Notes: generated by a model from the letters alone, not told the origin. Shown: positions 37,709 through 47,866, counted from the stretch's first letter. The stretch is DNA of 55,143 nt from an uncultured Alphaproteobacteria bacterium (GCA_949297665.1 CASFTO010000076.1:1-55143), one strand, 5' to 3'. A program made the numbers and translations.

Positions 37709-38450
37709 TTTTTCCTCCTTTTACAGTTGCTTTTGCGGTTTTACTTGAGGCTACTTTACTTGATACTGTTTTACTTGAGGCTTTTGTTTTCGTCACTGTT
37801 TTTGTCTTGAGCGTTTTAGACTTTACGGGGGATTTCTTTTCTGCTTTATCTTTTGGGGAAGCCTTTTTATCTGTTTGGGGCTTTTTATATACAAATATCT
37901 TTTCCGGAACGCCATATATTGAAGAATCTATTTGCTTTATCTCTTCAAGATGCCCCAGCGGAAACATCTCTGATATCACCACGCAGCTCTCTTTGATATT
38001 AGTGGCTAAAATTTTGCCTAGCGGCTCGCCGGTTACTTTCAAAACATAACACATGATTAAATCCATATCGTGATAATCTTGCTTCATGTAATCACCTTTA
38101 ATAAAACTAATGTTCTTTAAGCCTGCCGCTTTGATTTTTCCCATGGTCAACGGAACAATGTCCCATTCATAACCAATGAATTCATGCTCGGGAAATTCTT
38201 TTGCCAACGGCAATAATAATGCTCCGCTGCCACAACCTAAATCGGTTACTTTCATTTTGTGTTTGGCTTTTTTTAATACTGCCCGCGCCTCTTCTATCAT
38301 ATCTTCTTTTATTTTTCCGTATGACGATACAAACGGTCCATATTGACCACAACCGCATTTGATGTATGAATATGTTTGGTACATTAGATATATAATCGCC
38401 GCAAATCCTATCACCAATGCCAATATCACAATTATTCCGTTACAGCACAT
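37692..38450 (-). CDS. Membrane-anchored class I SAM-dependent methyltransferase with a Lys/Ser/Thr-rich tail
   Basis: N-terminal TM, PFVSS, DLGCGSG, GYE; ~60-aa basic C-terminus. Confidence 0.82.
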   Translation of the reverse strand: MCCNGIIVILALVIGFAAIIYLMYQTYSYIKCGCGQYGPFVSSYGKIKEDMIEEARAVLKKAKHKMKVTDLGCGSGALLLPLAKEFPEHEFIGYEWDIVPLTMGKIKAAGLKNISFIKGDYMKQDYHDMDLIMCYVLKVTGEPLGKILATNIKESCVVISEMFPLGHLEEIKQIDSSIYGVPEKIFVYKKPQTDKKASPKDKAEKKSPVKSKTLKTKTVTKTKASSKTVSSKVASSKTAKATVKGGKNVKKK

Positions 38451-38562
38451 TATTTGTTCTCCGTTCTATAAAAAAAAGTTTGCATCTTGCTATTGGTGTC
38501 ATATATATTGAAAATTGTTTAAGAAAACATTTAATTTTTTATTCTTTACGGGAGTAACTTCG

Positions 38563-39282
38563 ATGGCTAAAAAATATAATCGTATTCTCTTTCTTACCGG
38601 CGCCGGTATCTCTGCAGAATCCGGATTAGCTACCTTTCGTAGCGAAGATGGTTTATGGAACCATCATCGTGTTGAAGATGTCGCCACCATTGAGGCTTAT
38701 TACCGTAATCAAGATTATGTTCACGATTTTTATAATAATATGAAGCCAGAATTGTGGAACGCCAAGCCAAACGCCGGACATCTCGCTATTACACGATTGC
38801 AGCACGAATATCCGGCTGAAGTGAATATTGTTACACAGAATATCGATACTCTTCATGAAAAAGCTAAAAGCAATAATGTTTTTCATATTCACGGACAAAT
38901 CAATCAGGCGGTTTGTATGAATTGCGGACATATTCTTGAAACTTGGGGGGATGTTACTTCCGAAACTTGTTGCGAAAATTGCCACATTATGGGTATGATG
39001 AAACCCAATATTGTCTTTTTCGGAGAAAATCTGCTTTATATGGATAAAGTTGAAAACTTACTCAAAGCGTCCGATTTATTTGTTTCGGTCGGGACTTCCG
39101 GCGTGGTTTATCCCGCTGCCGGTTTTGTTCAAACTGCAAAATATTACGGCGCCGACACCGTAGAATTTAATTTGGAACCAACCTCTAATAATTTCTTTTT
39201 CGACAGACATGTTATGGGGAAAGCCGGTGACACTTTGCCTTCGTTTGTTGATGAGCTTATTGCTCAACTTAAGGACAATTAA
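38563..39282 (+). CDS. cobB: NAD-dependent protein deacylase (sirtuin), paralog 1
   Basis: GAGISAESGL.TFR, TQNID.LHE, HG, C..C...C..C, PNIVFFGE, GTSG.VYPAA. Confidence 0.93.
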   Translation: MAKKYNRILFLTGAGISAESGLATFRSEDGLWNHHRVEDVATIEAYYRNQDYVHDFYNNMKPELWNAKPNAGHLAITRLQHEYPAEVNIVTQNIDTLHEKAKSNNVFHIHGQINQAVCMNCGHILETWGDVTSETCCENCHIMGMMKPNIVFFGENLLYMDKVENLLKASDLFVSVGTSGVVYPAAGFVQTAKYYGADTVEFNLEPTSNNFFFDRHVMGKAGDTLPSFVDELIAQLKDN

Positions 39283-40126
39283 TCTTTAATAAATTTTCAT
39301 AAAAAGGTGCGGTAAAAATTTTTTTATCGCCGAGCATCTTTATTTTTTCACAAGCATCGGCGTGGTAAAATTTTTGCGTATCTGCGGGGAAGAGTTTTTT
39401 ACCGATTTTTTCTCTCACGGCTATATTTCCCTCTTCATAACTCATGCCATAATGCTTTTCACTCATACCGTTTCTCTCCAATACATCATCCGGTATCGAG
39501 GCCATTTTAGCTCCCGAAAACAGCATATTAATCCAAAAGTCCCAATCTTCGCAAGCTCTTAAATTCTCATCGTATCGTATCTGTTTTTGCTTAGCAAACG
39601 CGTTTCTATACATAATATTGGCATTACCGAAATTATTATACTGTATTAAACCTGCCGCAATATCATCATGATTTTCAGGTATGCGCGGAAGCCCGCTAAT
39701 CTGACCGGCAACAGCCGTTATCTCTTTGTTTTTATCTAAGAACGCAACTTGTTGTGCCATTCTCTCCGGTAAACTTTTATCATCGTCATCCATTATCATT
39801 ATATATTCTCCGCGTGCTAAATCCGCCGCTTTGTTGCGCGAATATGCTATTCCTCGATTTTTATCATTCTTGTAATAGCGAATACGCTTATCTTGATAAC
39901 TGTTTACCACTTCTTCCGTCTTATCCGTTGAGCCGTCATTAATGATTATCAATTCGAAATCTTTATAGGTCTGGCCTAAAATACTATCTATTGCTCGCGG
40001 TAATATTTTTTCCCGTTGATATGTCAACATGACAACGGATACCTTCGGCTTACTCGGCCAAAGATATCCGATACATATTCCTGCTGTTAACAGTATAACA
40101 GCTATAATTCTTTTTTTTACATTCAT
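39269..40126 (-). CDS. Glycosyltransferase family 2
   Basis: VSVVM.TY, SIL.QT..DFELIIINDGSTD, N.G...SRN, DDDD, EDWD; N-terminal TM. Confidence 0.92.
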   Translation of the reverse strand: MNVKKRIIAVILLTAGICIGYLWPSKPKVSVVMLTYQREKILPRAIDSILGQTYKDFELIIINDGSTDKTEEVVNSYQDKRIRYYKNDKNRGIAYSRNKAADLARGEYIMIMDDDDKSLPERMAQQVAFLDKNKEITAVAGQISGLPRIPENHDDIAAGLIQYNNFGNANIMYRNAFAKQKQIRYDENLRACEDWDFWINMLFSGAKMASIPDDVLERNGMSEKHYGMSYEEGNIAVREKIGKKLFPADTQKFYHADACEKIKMLGDKKIFTAPFYENLLKINCP

Positions 40127-40573
40127 CTATTGAGCGATAACGCGGTTAGTACTTCCAAATAAAACTAAACAACGTTGCCCTATTCCCAATGCTTGCCCCG
40201 TTCCTTGTGTTATACTGATAACTTGACCGTTATCCAATTTTACAATATACTCTAATCCGGTTTGCGAGGTTAATCCTCTTTCTGCCGCATCTCCTACTAA
40301 ACCGCCCAATAACGCACCGCCTACAGCACCTAATGTATGTGCCGTACTGCCGCCGCCGATTGTTGATCCAGCAACTCCGCCGGCAACTCCGCCGATAAGA
40401 GTACCTGCACCGCTGTCGCTGTTGACGCCAACTTGACGTACACTTAATACCGTACACTGCGCAACAGTTGATACTTTCCCTGTTTGATTGGTGTAGTAAT
40501 GATCCGAATTGATATTGTCCGCACAACCCGACAATAATAATGCTAAACTTGCCATTCCCAATATTTTATTCAT
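40127..40573 (-). CDS. Glycine-zipper 2TM outer-membrane lipoprotein (SlyB/17-kDa antigen-like)
   Basis: Lipobox LSGC; GGVAGGVAGSTIGGG...GAVGGALLGG; EY.VKLDNG..I.I.Q. Confidence 0.9.
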   Translation of the reverse strand: MNKILGMASLALLLSGCADNINSDHYYTNQTGKVSTVAQCTVLSVRQVGVNSDSGAGTLIGGVAGGVAGSTIGGGSTAHTLGAVGGALLGGLVGDAAERGLTSQTGLEYIVKLDNGQVISITQGTGQALGIGQRCLVLFGSTNRVIAQ

Positions 40574-40665
40574 CGTAAATCTCCTCATATATTGTTTATT
40601 CATAATTTAGTGGATTATTTTCTGTTGTCAATCTTTTTCAATAATCTCATTTGACCTGATATTTT

Positions 40666-41598
40666 TTATACTTGCTGTTTTTGCAATTCCTCCATAATCC
40701 GTTTTTCGTGTTCAGGCTGATCTTGCTTAGCCTCTATCACGTCTTTGCGAATCTTTTGCGTGCGCTTAAACAAATCAAACATTTTATCGCCCTCATCCCA
40801 CCGGATATTCCTTTCCAGCGCTACTAAATCTTCAATAAATCTTTGTATCAGCTCCAATACGGTTTGTTTGTTGGTTAAAAAGATATCTCGCCACATCGTC
40901 GGATCTGAGCCGGCTATACGCGTAAAATCGCGGAAACCTCCTGCGGAATATTTGATTATTTCTTTGTGCTCATATCCTTCCAAATCGGCTACCGTTCCTA
41001 CAATCGAATATGCAATTAACTGCGGTAAGTGTGATACGGCGGCCATAACCTTGTCGTGATGTGTTGCCGTCATGATGTCTACTTTCATATTGCAACTTTC
41101 CCACATCTCGGTTATTCTCTTTATGGCTTCTTCCGTCGAATTTTCATCCGGTGTTAAAATACACCAACGTCCCTTAAATAATGAGGTAAAACCATTTTCC
41201 GGACCGGATTTCTCCGTACCGGCAACGGGATGTCCTCCGACAACAATGCTTCCATTGTTTTTATTTAGATATTTTTCTATTTCTCGCAGGCTATATTGCT
41301 TGACCGAACCGACATCTGTTATTATGACGCCTTCTTTTACATACGAACTCATGTCCTTGGCTAATTTTCCAAATGCGCATACCGGTGTCGCAAAAATAAT
41401 CACATCGGCTTCACTTACTCCTTCTTTGATGTTATCGGTATATATATCTGCTATGTCTAAATCTTTTGCCTTTTTTAAATTTTCTTGATTTTTATCATAC
41501 ACGGCCAATGTTTTGACCAATTTTTTTTCTTTTAAATTGCGCGCCAGTGACGAACCGATTAAACCGATACCTAAAATCAGAGCTTTGTTAAACAGCAT
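40666..41598 (-). CDS. tyrA: Prephenate/arogenate (cyclohexadienyl) dehydrogenase
   Basis: GIGLIGSS, TDVGSVK, GHPVAGTE.SGP, HD......SHLP, GGFRDFTRIA.SDP.MWRDIF. Confidence 0.95.
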   Translation of the reverse strand: MLFNKALILGIGLIGSSLARNLKEKKLVKTLAVYDKNQENLKKAKDLDIADIYTDNIKEGVSEADVIIFATPVCAFGKLAKDMSSYVKEGVIITDVGSVKQYSLREIEKYLNKNNGSIVVGGHPVAGTEKSGPENGFTSLFKGRWCILTPDENSTEEAIKRITEMWESCNMKVDIMTATHHDKVMAAVSHLPQLIAYSIVGTVADLEGYEHKEIIKYSAGGFRDFTRIAGSDPTMWRDIFLTNKQTVLELIQRFIEDLVALERNIRWDEGDKMFDLFKRTQKIRKDVIEAKQDQPEHEKRIMEELQKQQV

Positions 41599-41795
41599 GG
41601 TAATTTCCCCTTTGATGAATTTGCGCATTAATTTATCAATATCCTTATTTTGTGTCAATATCTTACCTTGCTCTATCCTCTTTTCTTTCTTGACAGCTTT
41701 GACTTGTACGCTATTATACTTTTACTTCATTAACTTTATGTCTTATTATTTTGAGGATTAGGAAAAGGACCGAACCTCATTAAAAAAATTGTTTT

Positions 41796-42500
41796 ATGCT
41801 TAGAAAATTTCATAAAATTGTTTTTTTGACCGGTGCCGGTATTTCCGCGGAATCCGGTTTGGCTACTTTTCGTGATCCTTCCGGTTTATGGAATAATTAT
41901 GATGCTGAAATTGTTGCCTCTTTATGGGGGCTTCAGTCTAACCCTACTTTAGTTCACCAGTTTTATAATGAATTGCGAAAACAGATGGCTTTGGCGCAAC
42001 CTAATCAGGCTCACTGTGCTCTAACTTATTTGCAACAGAATTCTTCTGCCGATATCCATATTATTACCCAAAATATTGATACTTTACATGAAAAAGCTCA
42101 TACGCAAAATGTTTGGCATATTCATGGGCAAATCAATCAATTAAGGTGTGTTAAGTGTGGGAAAATTACAGAAACTTGGTTACCTTGGACCGAACATTGT
42201 CTTTGTTACTCTTGCCATGGTAAGCTCAGACCCAATATCGTCTTTTTTGGCGAGGAAATATTTTTTTCTTCTCAAATTGAACGACTTCTTGCTGATGCTG
42301 ATTTATTTGTTGCTATTGGTACTTCGGGAACTATTCCTCCGGCCTCGTCTTTTGTTCAAGATGTTCGCAAGCATTCCAGTTTAACGGTCGCTCTAAATTT
42401 GGAAAAACCTGCCAATTATCGTGACTTCGACATCGTCATTGAGGGAAAAGTTTCTAAAACATTGCCGTGCTTTATTGAAAAATTGCTCTGTTATCAATAA
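41796..42500 (+). CDS. cobB: NAD-dependent protein deacylase (sirtuin), paralog 2
   Basis: GAGISAESGLATFR, TQNID.LHE, HG, C..C...C..C, RPNIVFFGE, GTSG..PPA. Confidence 0.9.
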   Translation: MLRKFHKIVFLTGAGISAESGLATFRDPSGLWNNYDAEIVASLWGLQSNPTLVHQFYNELRKQMALAQPNQAHCALTYLQQNSSADIHIITQNIDTLHEKAHTQNVWHIHGQINQLRCVKCGKITETWLPWTEHCLCYSCHGKLRPNIVFFGEEIFFSSQIERLLADADLFVAIGTSGTIPPASSFVQDVRKHSSLTVALNLEKPANYRDFDIVIEGKVSKTLPCFIEKLLCYQ

Positions 42501-42533
42501 AAAAACAGGCTCTCTTTTGAGAACCTGTTTTTT
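42499..42533. terminator. Bidirectional intrinsic terminator
   Basis: AAAAAACAGG/CCTGTTTTTT stem between cobB2 and tsf. Confidence 0.75.
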
Positions 42534-42553
42534 TCTTTTTTCGCAATATAAAA

Positions 42554-43486
42554 TTATGCGGTCTTGCCTAATTGGGCAGCAACTTCTGCGGCGAAGTCTT
42601 CCTCTTTCTTTTGTAAGCCTTCTCCAAGTTTGAAGCATACAAAACCGCCGAGTTTTACTTCTGCATTGTTTTCTTTTGCAAATTCCGCAACCACATCTTT
42701 TACTTTCTTATCCGGATCCATAATATATGCTTGTTCTTCAAGAACTACTTCTTCGTAATATTTACGGATGCGGCCTTCTACCATTTTTTCAACGATATTG
42801 GCCGGTTTGCCAGATGCTAAAGCCTGTTCGCTGAAAATGTTCTTTTCACGTTCTACGGCTTCTGCCGGTACTTCGGCGATTGTCATCGAAATCGGACCGG
42901 TGGCGGCTATGTGCATTGCAATATGCTTGCCCAATTCTTGCATCTTAGCTTTGTCGGCATTACCTTCAATGCTTACCAATACACCGATTTTACCAACGTT
43001 CGGACGTACGGAATTGTGTATGTATGAGCATACAACACCATTATTTGCACTAATATATGCAGAGCGACGCAAATTCATATTTTCACCGATTTTTGCAATC
43101 ATATCTGTCAATATTGTTCCCATCTCTTTGCCGCATACCGGGCATGTATATGTTTTTAATGCTTCTATATCTCCTTTGACAGCTAATGCTGCTTTTGCCG
43201 AATTTTCTACATAATCTTGGAAAATATCATTCTTTGCAACGAAATCTGTTTCAGAGTTTACTTCAACAACTGCACCGGCATTACCTTCTACATATACGGA
43301 AACTAATCCTTCAGCTGCAATACGACTTGCTTTTTTAGCGGCTGACGCTAATCCTTTTTTACGAAGCCAATCTATTGCGTCTTCCATATTTCCGTTTGTT
43401 TCAACCAGCGCTTTTTTGCAATCTAACATGCCTGCACCAGAGGTTTCTCTCAAACTTTTTACCATTGCTGCGGTAATTTCTGCCAT
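42554..43486 (-). CDS. tsf: Elongation factor Ts
   Basis: ITAAMVK.LRE..GAGM.DCKKAL, AAEG, EVNSETDFVA, AMHIAA, EDFAAEVAA. Confidence 0.99.
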   Translation of the reverse strand: MAEITAAMVKSLRETSGAGMLDCKKALVETNGNMEDAIDWLRKKGLASAAKKASRIAAEGLVSVYVEGNAGAVVEVNSETDFVAKNDIFQDYVENSAKAALAVKGDIEALKTYTCPVCGKEMGTILTDMIAKIGENMNLRRSAYISANNGVVCSYIHNSVRPNVGKIGVLVSIEGNADKAKMQELGKHIAMHIAATGPISMTIAEVPAEAVEREKNIFSEQALASGKPANIVEKMVEGRIRKYYEEVVLEEQAYIMDPDKKVKDVVAEFAKENNAEVKLGGFVCFKLGEGLQKKEEDFAAEVAAQLGKTA

Positions 43487-43572
43487 TCTTTTTCCCCTTG
43501 TCTTGATAATCTTTGTATACATCAACTCGGCGGCAGCTGTTGCCACCGCCGACTTCTTTACTTAATTGCTCA

Positions 43573-44340
43573 TTAAGCGTTTTCTACATTTTCAAATGTT
43601 TCTTCAGATGATGCAACTACATCTTCGACTTTTACGCCTTGTGCTGCAACTTCTGCCTGCATACCATCCAAAATGGCTGATGATATTAATTCACAATACA
43701 ATTGAATTGCGCGAATTGCATCGTCATTGCCCGGTACAGGATAATCGACTTCATTCGGATTTGCATTTGTATCGGTAATACCAATTACAGGAATACCCAA
43801 TTTCTTAGCTTCTTTAATAGCTAATGATTCTTTCGGAGTGTCAATTACGAACAATAAATCCGGTTGGCCTCCCATGTTCTTAATGCCGTTCAATGAAAGA
43901 GCAAGTTTCTCTTGTTCTTTCTTAATGTTCTGCATTTCTTTTTTGGTGTATCCTTCGTATGCGTTCTTTTCTTCCATTTCGTTTAACTTAACGAGACGGC
44001 TGATTGACTTGTTAACCGTCTTCCAGTTAGTCAACATTCCGCCTAACCACCGATAGTTAACATAGTACTGTCCACATCTTTCTGCACTTTCTTTAACAAT
44101 GTCTTGGGCTTGACGCTTGGTGGCTACAAACAAAACTTTGCCGCCTTTTGCTGCGACATCACGAGCTACTGCCAAAGCGGTGTAAAGCATCGGATATGTT
44201 TTCTGAAGATTGATAATGTGCACATTATCTTTTTTACCATATATGTATGGTGCCATTTGCGGATTCCAACGACGTGCGTGGTGTCCGAAGTGTACGCCCG
44301 CTTCAACAAGCTGACGTAATGTAAAAGTAGGAAGTGTCAT
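43573..44340 (-). CDS. rpsB: 30S ribosomal protein S2
   Basis: EAGVHFGH..RWNP, RWLGGMLTN, DTN, PGNDDAIRAI. Confidence 0.99.
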   Translation of the reverse strand: MTLPTFTLRQLVEAGVHFGHHARRWNPQMAPYIYGKKDNVHIINLQKTYPMLYTALAVARDVAAKGGKVLFVATKRQAQDIVKESAERCGQYYVNYRWLGGMLTNWKTVNKSISRLVKLNEMEEKNAYEGYTKKEMQNIKKEQEKLALSLNGIKNMGGQPDLLFVIDTPKESLAIKEAKKLGIPVIGITDTNANPNEVDYPVPGNDDAIRAIQLYCELISSAILDGMQAEVAAQGVKVEDVVASSEETFENVENA

Positions 44341-44357
44341 ATTTTATTTTTCCTTAT

Positions 44358-44462
44358 TTTCCGGTTAAACCTCCGCAGAATTTCGGCCCGAAATATTTCG
44401 GACACCGGAGCGTGAAGCACCGTTCATACTTAAACGTTGCCGACGCTTTATCTGCGTGTGAA
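44358..44462 (-). ncRNA. rpsB leader (t44/S2 autoregulatory RNA)
   Basis: Minus strand CACACGCAG...CCGGTG...CTGCGGAGGTTTAACCGG just upstream of the rpsB SD, the hallmark ends of the S2 leader. Confidence 0.8.
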
Positions 44463-44500
44463 TTATATTTAAAAACAGCTCACTCGCTGCTTTCGCTTGC

Positions 44501-44529
44501 TTTATAATCTAAATTTATTTATTTTGCAA
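44501..44529 (-). promoter_or_regulatory. Putative rpsB-tsf promoter
   Basis: Minus strand TTGCAA-N17-TATAAA upstream of the leader. Confidence 0.55.
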
Positions 44530-44573
44530 CTCTTTTTTAACTTTTTATTCAATTTTTTCTTAACCTTAAATAC

Positions 44574-44611
44574 AAAAAAACCGCATTTGTCTTTATCGGA
44601 CAATGCGGTTT
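44574..44611 (-). terminator. Intrinsic terminator
   Basis: AAACCGCATT/AATGCGGTTT stem; A7 on + is a U-tract on -. Confidence 0.75.
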
Positions 44612-44632
44612 ATTTGTGCGTGGTTTACGAGA

Positions 44633-45307
44633 TTATTCTCTCTCGTATTTAGAGATAAAATCGTGAATCTTTTGGTGATTTTCTCCATGCAATGTTGCTA
44701 ACATCAAAATTTGACGCAGCTCTCGTTTACGCGGATGTTCCAAATCCCCATCGGCTAAAGCCAGATTTACCAACGAATCGGCTATTTGAACCGAAACGGC
44801 GGAGATTTTTTCTCCCAGCAAATCACGTAATGTTTCCAAACTAACCGAGAACAGTGCATCTATGGCTTCAGGATCTTGCGACATGCGCAAAATATTCAAA
44901 GCCTCTTTTGCAAAATCTTCCCGCTTTCCATAATATGCCGATAAACTCAGCAAAATTACGATAACGCGAGGAAGCTCGTTTTGTTCCAAAACCTTCTCCA
45001 ATGCGGGAAGTTTTTCTCCTTTGGCTATCCAAAACACCTTTGATGATTGAGATGCATTTCCTTCACCTTTTCGTGAAAACAAAAGAACAACTCTTTCTTC
45101 ATCTGTTTGTTCCATTGAGCAGATTTCTTGCTCGTCCGCACGATAATAGGTAATGATGTCATCATTCTTCAGCTTTTGAATATCCGCCGAAATAGGAAGA
45201 ACTACTAAGTCTTCTTTTCCTGAAATAATATTCTTCACTTTAATTGAATGGAAACTGCCAGCGGTGTCAATATTGATGACACGGGCTGTAATAGGACCTT
45301 TTGACAT
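44633..45307 (-). CDS. Hypothetical protein (beta-rich N-terminus, helical C-terminus)
   Basis: 224-aa ORF with its own terminator; no recognisable motif. Confidence 0.65.
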   Translation of the reverse strand: MSKGPITARVINIDTAGSFHSIKVKNIISGKEDLVVLPISADIQKLKNDDIITYYRADEQEICSMEQTDEERVVLLFSRKGEGNASQSSKVFWIAKGEKLPALEKVLEQNELPRVIVILLSLSAYYGKREDFAKEALNILRMSQDPEAIDALFSVSLETLRDLLGEKISAVSVQIADSLVNLALADGDLEHPRKRELRQILMLATLHGENHQKIHDFISKYERE

Positions 45308-45534
45308 GATAATAATAGTTTTAAAGTTAAAAAATAATACAAAATTCTTTTTGCTTATACCCCACTTTTTGACAAAACGCAAGTTTTTTTGTTTGTTTTC
45401 CGTATGATTTTTTTCCATCCCCTTTTTTGGTATTTTTCTGTTTAAGATTTTTAGTTTTTACTTGTGTCTGCACTTTTCTTTTTATATATTTCTTCCAGTT
45501 TATATATGTTTTTTGTCTTATATCTGAGGAAAAT

Positions 45535-47523
45535 ATGAGTGATTTGTTTGAAAACTCCGCAACGGCAGTTAAGGAAGAATATTCTGCTCGCGACATTGAA
45601 GTTCTTGAAGGATTAGATCCTGTCAGACATCGTCCGGGGATGTATATCGGTGGGACCGATGAGCAAGCCTTGCATCATTTGGTTGCGGAAATTTTAGACA
45701 ACTCTATGGATGAAGCCGTTGCCGGTTATGCGTCCAGAATTGATATTTCTCTTAATGCCGACTACTCCGTTACTATTACAGATAACGGACGCGGTATTCC
45801 AGTTGATGACCATCCTAAATATCCGGGAAAATCAGCTTTGGAAGTTATCTTGACCACTTTGCACTCCGGCGGTAAATTCGGCGGTAACGCTTATAAAGTA
45901 TCCGGCGGTCTACATGGTGTTGGTTCGTCCGTGGTTAATGCTTTATCTGTTAAACTCGTTGTTGAGGTAGCGCGTGACAAAAAACTCTACCGCCAGGAAT
46001 ATTCTTGCGGGAAGCCTGTTACTCCGTTAATGTTGGTGGGAAATGCTCCGAACCGTCGCGGGACAAGCATTACTTTCTTACCTGACGCCGAAATTTTTGG
46101 AAGCGATAATAAATTTGTTCCGGCAAAAGTTTATCGTATGGCTCGTTCTAAAGCTTTCTTGTTTAAGGGGATTAAAATCTTTTGGAAATGCGCTCCAGAA
46201 CTTTTAACTGAGGGCGACGGAATTCCTCAAGAAACGGAATTTAATTTTCCAAACGGCTTATTGGATTTCTTAAATTATCAAATCGATACTCGTACTACTA
46301 TCAATCGTACTCCTTTTTCTGGAGAAGCTGATCTTGCAGGTGATGAGGGAAAAGTTGAATGGGCTATTACCTGGCCTGATGATGAAAAAGGCTTTTGTAC
46401 ATCTTATTGCAACACGGTCATCACTCCTCAGGGTGGAACACATGAACAAGGTTTTCGTACGGCTTTGCTTAAAGGATTAAAAGAATACGCTGATATGGCT
46501 AATATCAAAAAAGCTGCAGGTATTACTGCGGAAGATTTCTTGAGTGATGCAGCAATTATGCTTTCTGTGTTTATCCGTGATCCGCAATTTCAAGGACAAA
46601 CAAAAGACAAACTCACATCAACGAAAGCAGCTTATCTGGTTGAGAAAGCTGTTAAAGATTCTTTTGACCATTGGCTTTCATCAGATAAAGAAAATGCAAG
46701 CGCTTTGATTGAATATGTTATTGACCGAGCAGAACTGCGCAAAAAGAGAAAAGAAGAAAAAGTTCAAAATCGTAAATCTCCAACTAAAAAATTACGTCTT
46801 CCGGGCAAACTTGCCGACTGCTCTAAATCTGCTGCCGAAGATACTGAAATTTTTATTGTTGAGGGTGATTCCGCTGGTGGTTCCGCAAAACAAGGACGCG
46901 ACCGTATGACACAGGCCATTTTGCCGTTACGTGGGAAAATTCTGAATGTTGCCAGTGCCAGTCTTGATAAAATTACCCAAAACCAAGAAATTAAAGATAT
47001 GATTGAGGCTTTGGGTTGTGGCACCAAAGATAATTATAAGGAAGAGAATTTGCGTTATGAAAAAATCATCATCATGACCGATGCTGATGTTGATGGTGCG
47101 CATATTACATCTCTTTTAATGACATTCTTTTATCAGTATATGCCAAAACTTATTGAAAACGGTCACTTATTTATTGCGACTCCGCCTCTGTATAAAATCG
47201 TTTTTGGCGGAAAGAACTATTACGCTCTTGATGATGATGAAAAAGATAAAATTTTAAGTAAAGCAAAAGCTAATCAAAAACCTGATATCAGTCGTTTTAA
47301 AGGTTTGGGTGAAATGAGTGCCTTACAGCTTAAAGAAACCACTATGGATAAAAATAATCGTGTTTTACTTCGTGTTGTTATTCCTACGGCAAATACAGAA
47401 GAGGCTCGTGATGAAGCTTTTGAAACCAGAAGACAGGTTGAACGCCTGATGGGTAAAGATCCAGAACAACGCTTTAAATTCATTATTGAACGTGCTAAAT
47501 TTGCAGAGGATTTGGATATCTAA
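45535..47523 (+). CDS. parE: DNA topoisomerase IV subunit B
   Basis: IEVLEGLDPVR.RPGMYIG, EILDNSMDEAVAG, GGLHGVG, VEGDSAGGSAKQ, PLRGKILN, MTDADVDGAHI; no GyrB insert; alpha-type N-terminus MSDLF. Confidence 0.93.
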   Translation: MSDLFENSATAVKEEYSARDIEVLEGLDPVRHRPGMYIGGTDEQALHHLVAEILDNSMDEAVAGYASRIDISLNADYSVTITDNGRGIPVDDHPKYPGKSALEVILTTLHSGGKFGGNAYKVSGGLHGVGSSVVNALSVKLVVEVARDKKLYRQEYSCGKPVTPLMLVGNAPNRRGTSITFLPDAEIFGSDNKFVPAKVYRMARSKAFLFKGIKIFWKCAPELLTEGDGIPQETEFNFPNGLLDFLNYQIDTRTTINRTPFSGEADLAGDEGKVEWAITWPDDEKGFCTSYCNTVITPQGGTHEQGFRTALLKGLKEYADMANIKKAAGITAEDFLSDAAIMLSVFIRDPQFQGQTKDKLTSTKAAYLVEKAVKDSFDHWLSSDKENASALIEYVIDRAELRKKRKEEKVQNRKSPTKKLRLPGKLADCSKSAAEDTEIFIVEGDSAGGSAKQGRDRMTQAILPLRGKILNVASASLDKITQNQEIKDMIEALGCGTKDNYKEENLRYEKIIIMTDADVDGAHITSLLMTFFYQYMPKLIENGHLFIATPPLYKIVFGGKNYYALDDDEKDKILSKAKANQKPDISRFKGLGEMSALQLKETTMDKNNRVLLRVVIPTANTEEARDEAFETRRQVERLMGKDPEQRFKFIIERAKFAEDLDI

Positions 47524-47555
47524 ACTTTGCTACTTATAGCTTAAATAAAAAAATA

Positions 47556-47586
47556 AAAGACAGTTATTTTTATTAACTGTCTTTTT
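47556..47586 (+). terminator. Intrinsic terminator after parE
   Basis: AAAAGACAGTTA/TAACTGTCTTTT stem. Confidence 0.75.
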
Positions 47587-47866
47587 CGTTTACATACAGC
47601 CTATGTGCACTAGGGGTATGTTTGGGATTAACCCTTCATGTTTTCGTACGTTCAAACACTTTTACAATAGAATATTCTTTTTTCCTTTGAGAATATTCCT
47701 CACTCTTGCATAACCGAATAATTTTCAGGCTTAGTCTGCATATTAAAAAGATAAGCACTGTTGCTATCATACCAAATAATTTTTTAAGACCTCATAATTA
47801 ATTTTACGGTCTTAACCTAATCAATCATTTGGTATTCGTCAAGTTTTTCTGTTTGATATTGAAGGA

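Noticed and set aside
41738-41761. Mini-ORF MSYYFED as an aromatic-amino-acid leader peptide beside tyrA
   Set aside because: It is on the opposite strand to tyrA, lacks an SD and has no terminator/antiterminator pair
38563-42500. Sirtuins as SIR2 anti-phage effectors (ThsA/DSR type)
   Set aside because: Both are short, zinc-finger-containing CobB-type deacylases with no fused defence domains or partner genes
43527-43553. GC-rich hairpin between rpsB and tsf as a novel sRNA or REP
   Set aside because: Single copy; an intercistronic hairpin in rpsB-tsf is a known, ordinary feature
47590-47800. Possible 44-aa minus-strand ORF (MIATVLIFLICRLSLK..) or degraded gene after parE
   Set aside because: No SD, no recognisable homology, several competing interrupted frames
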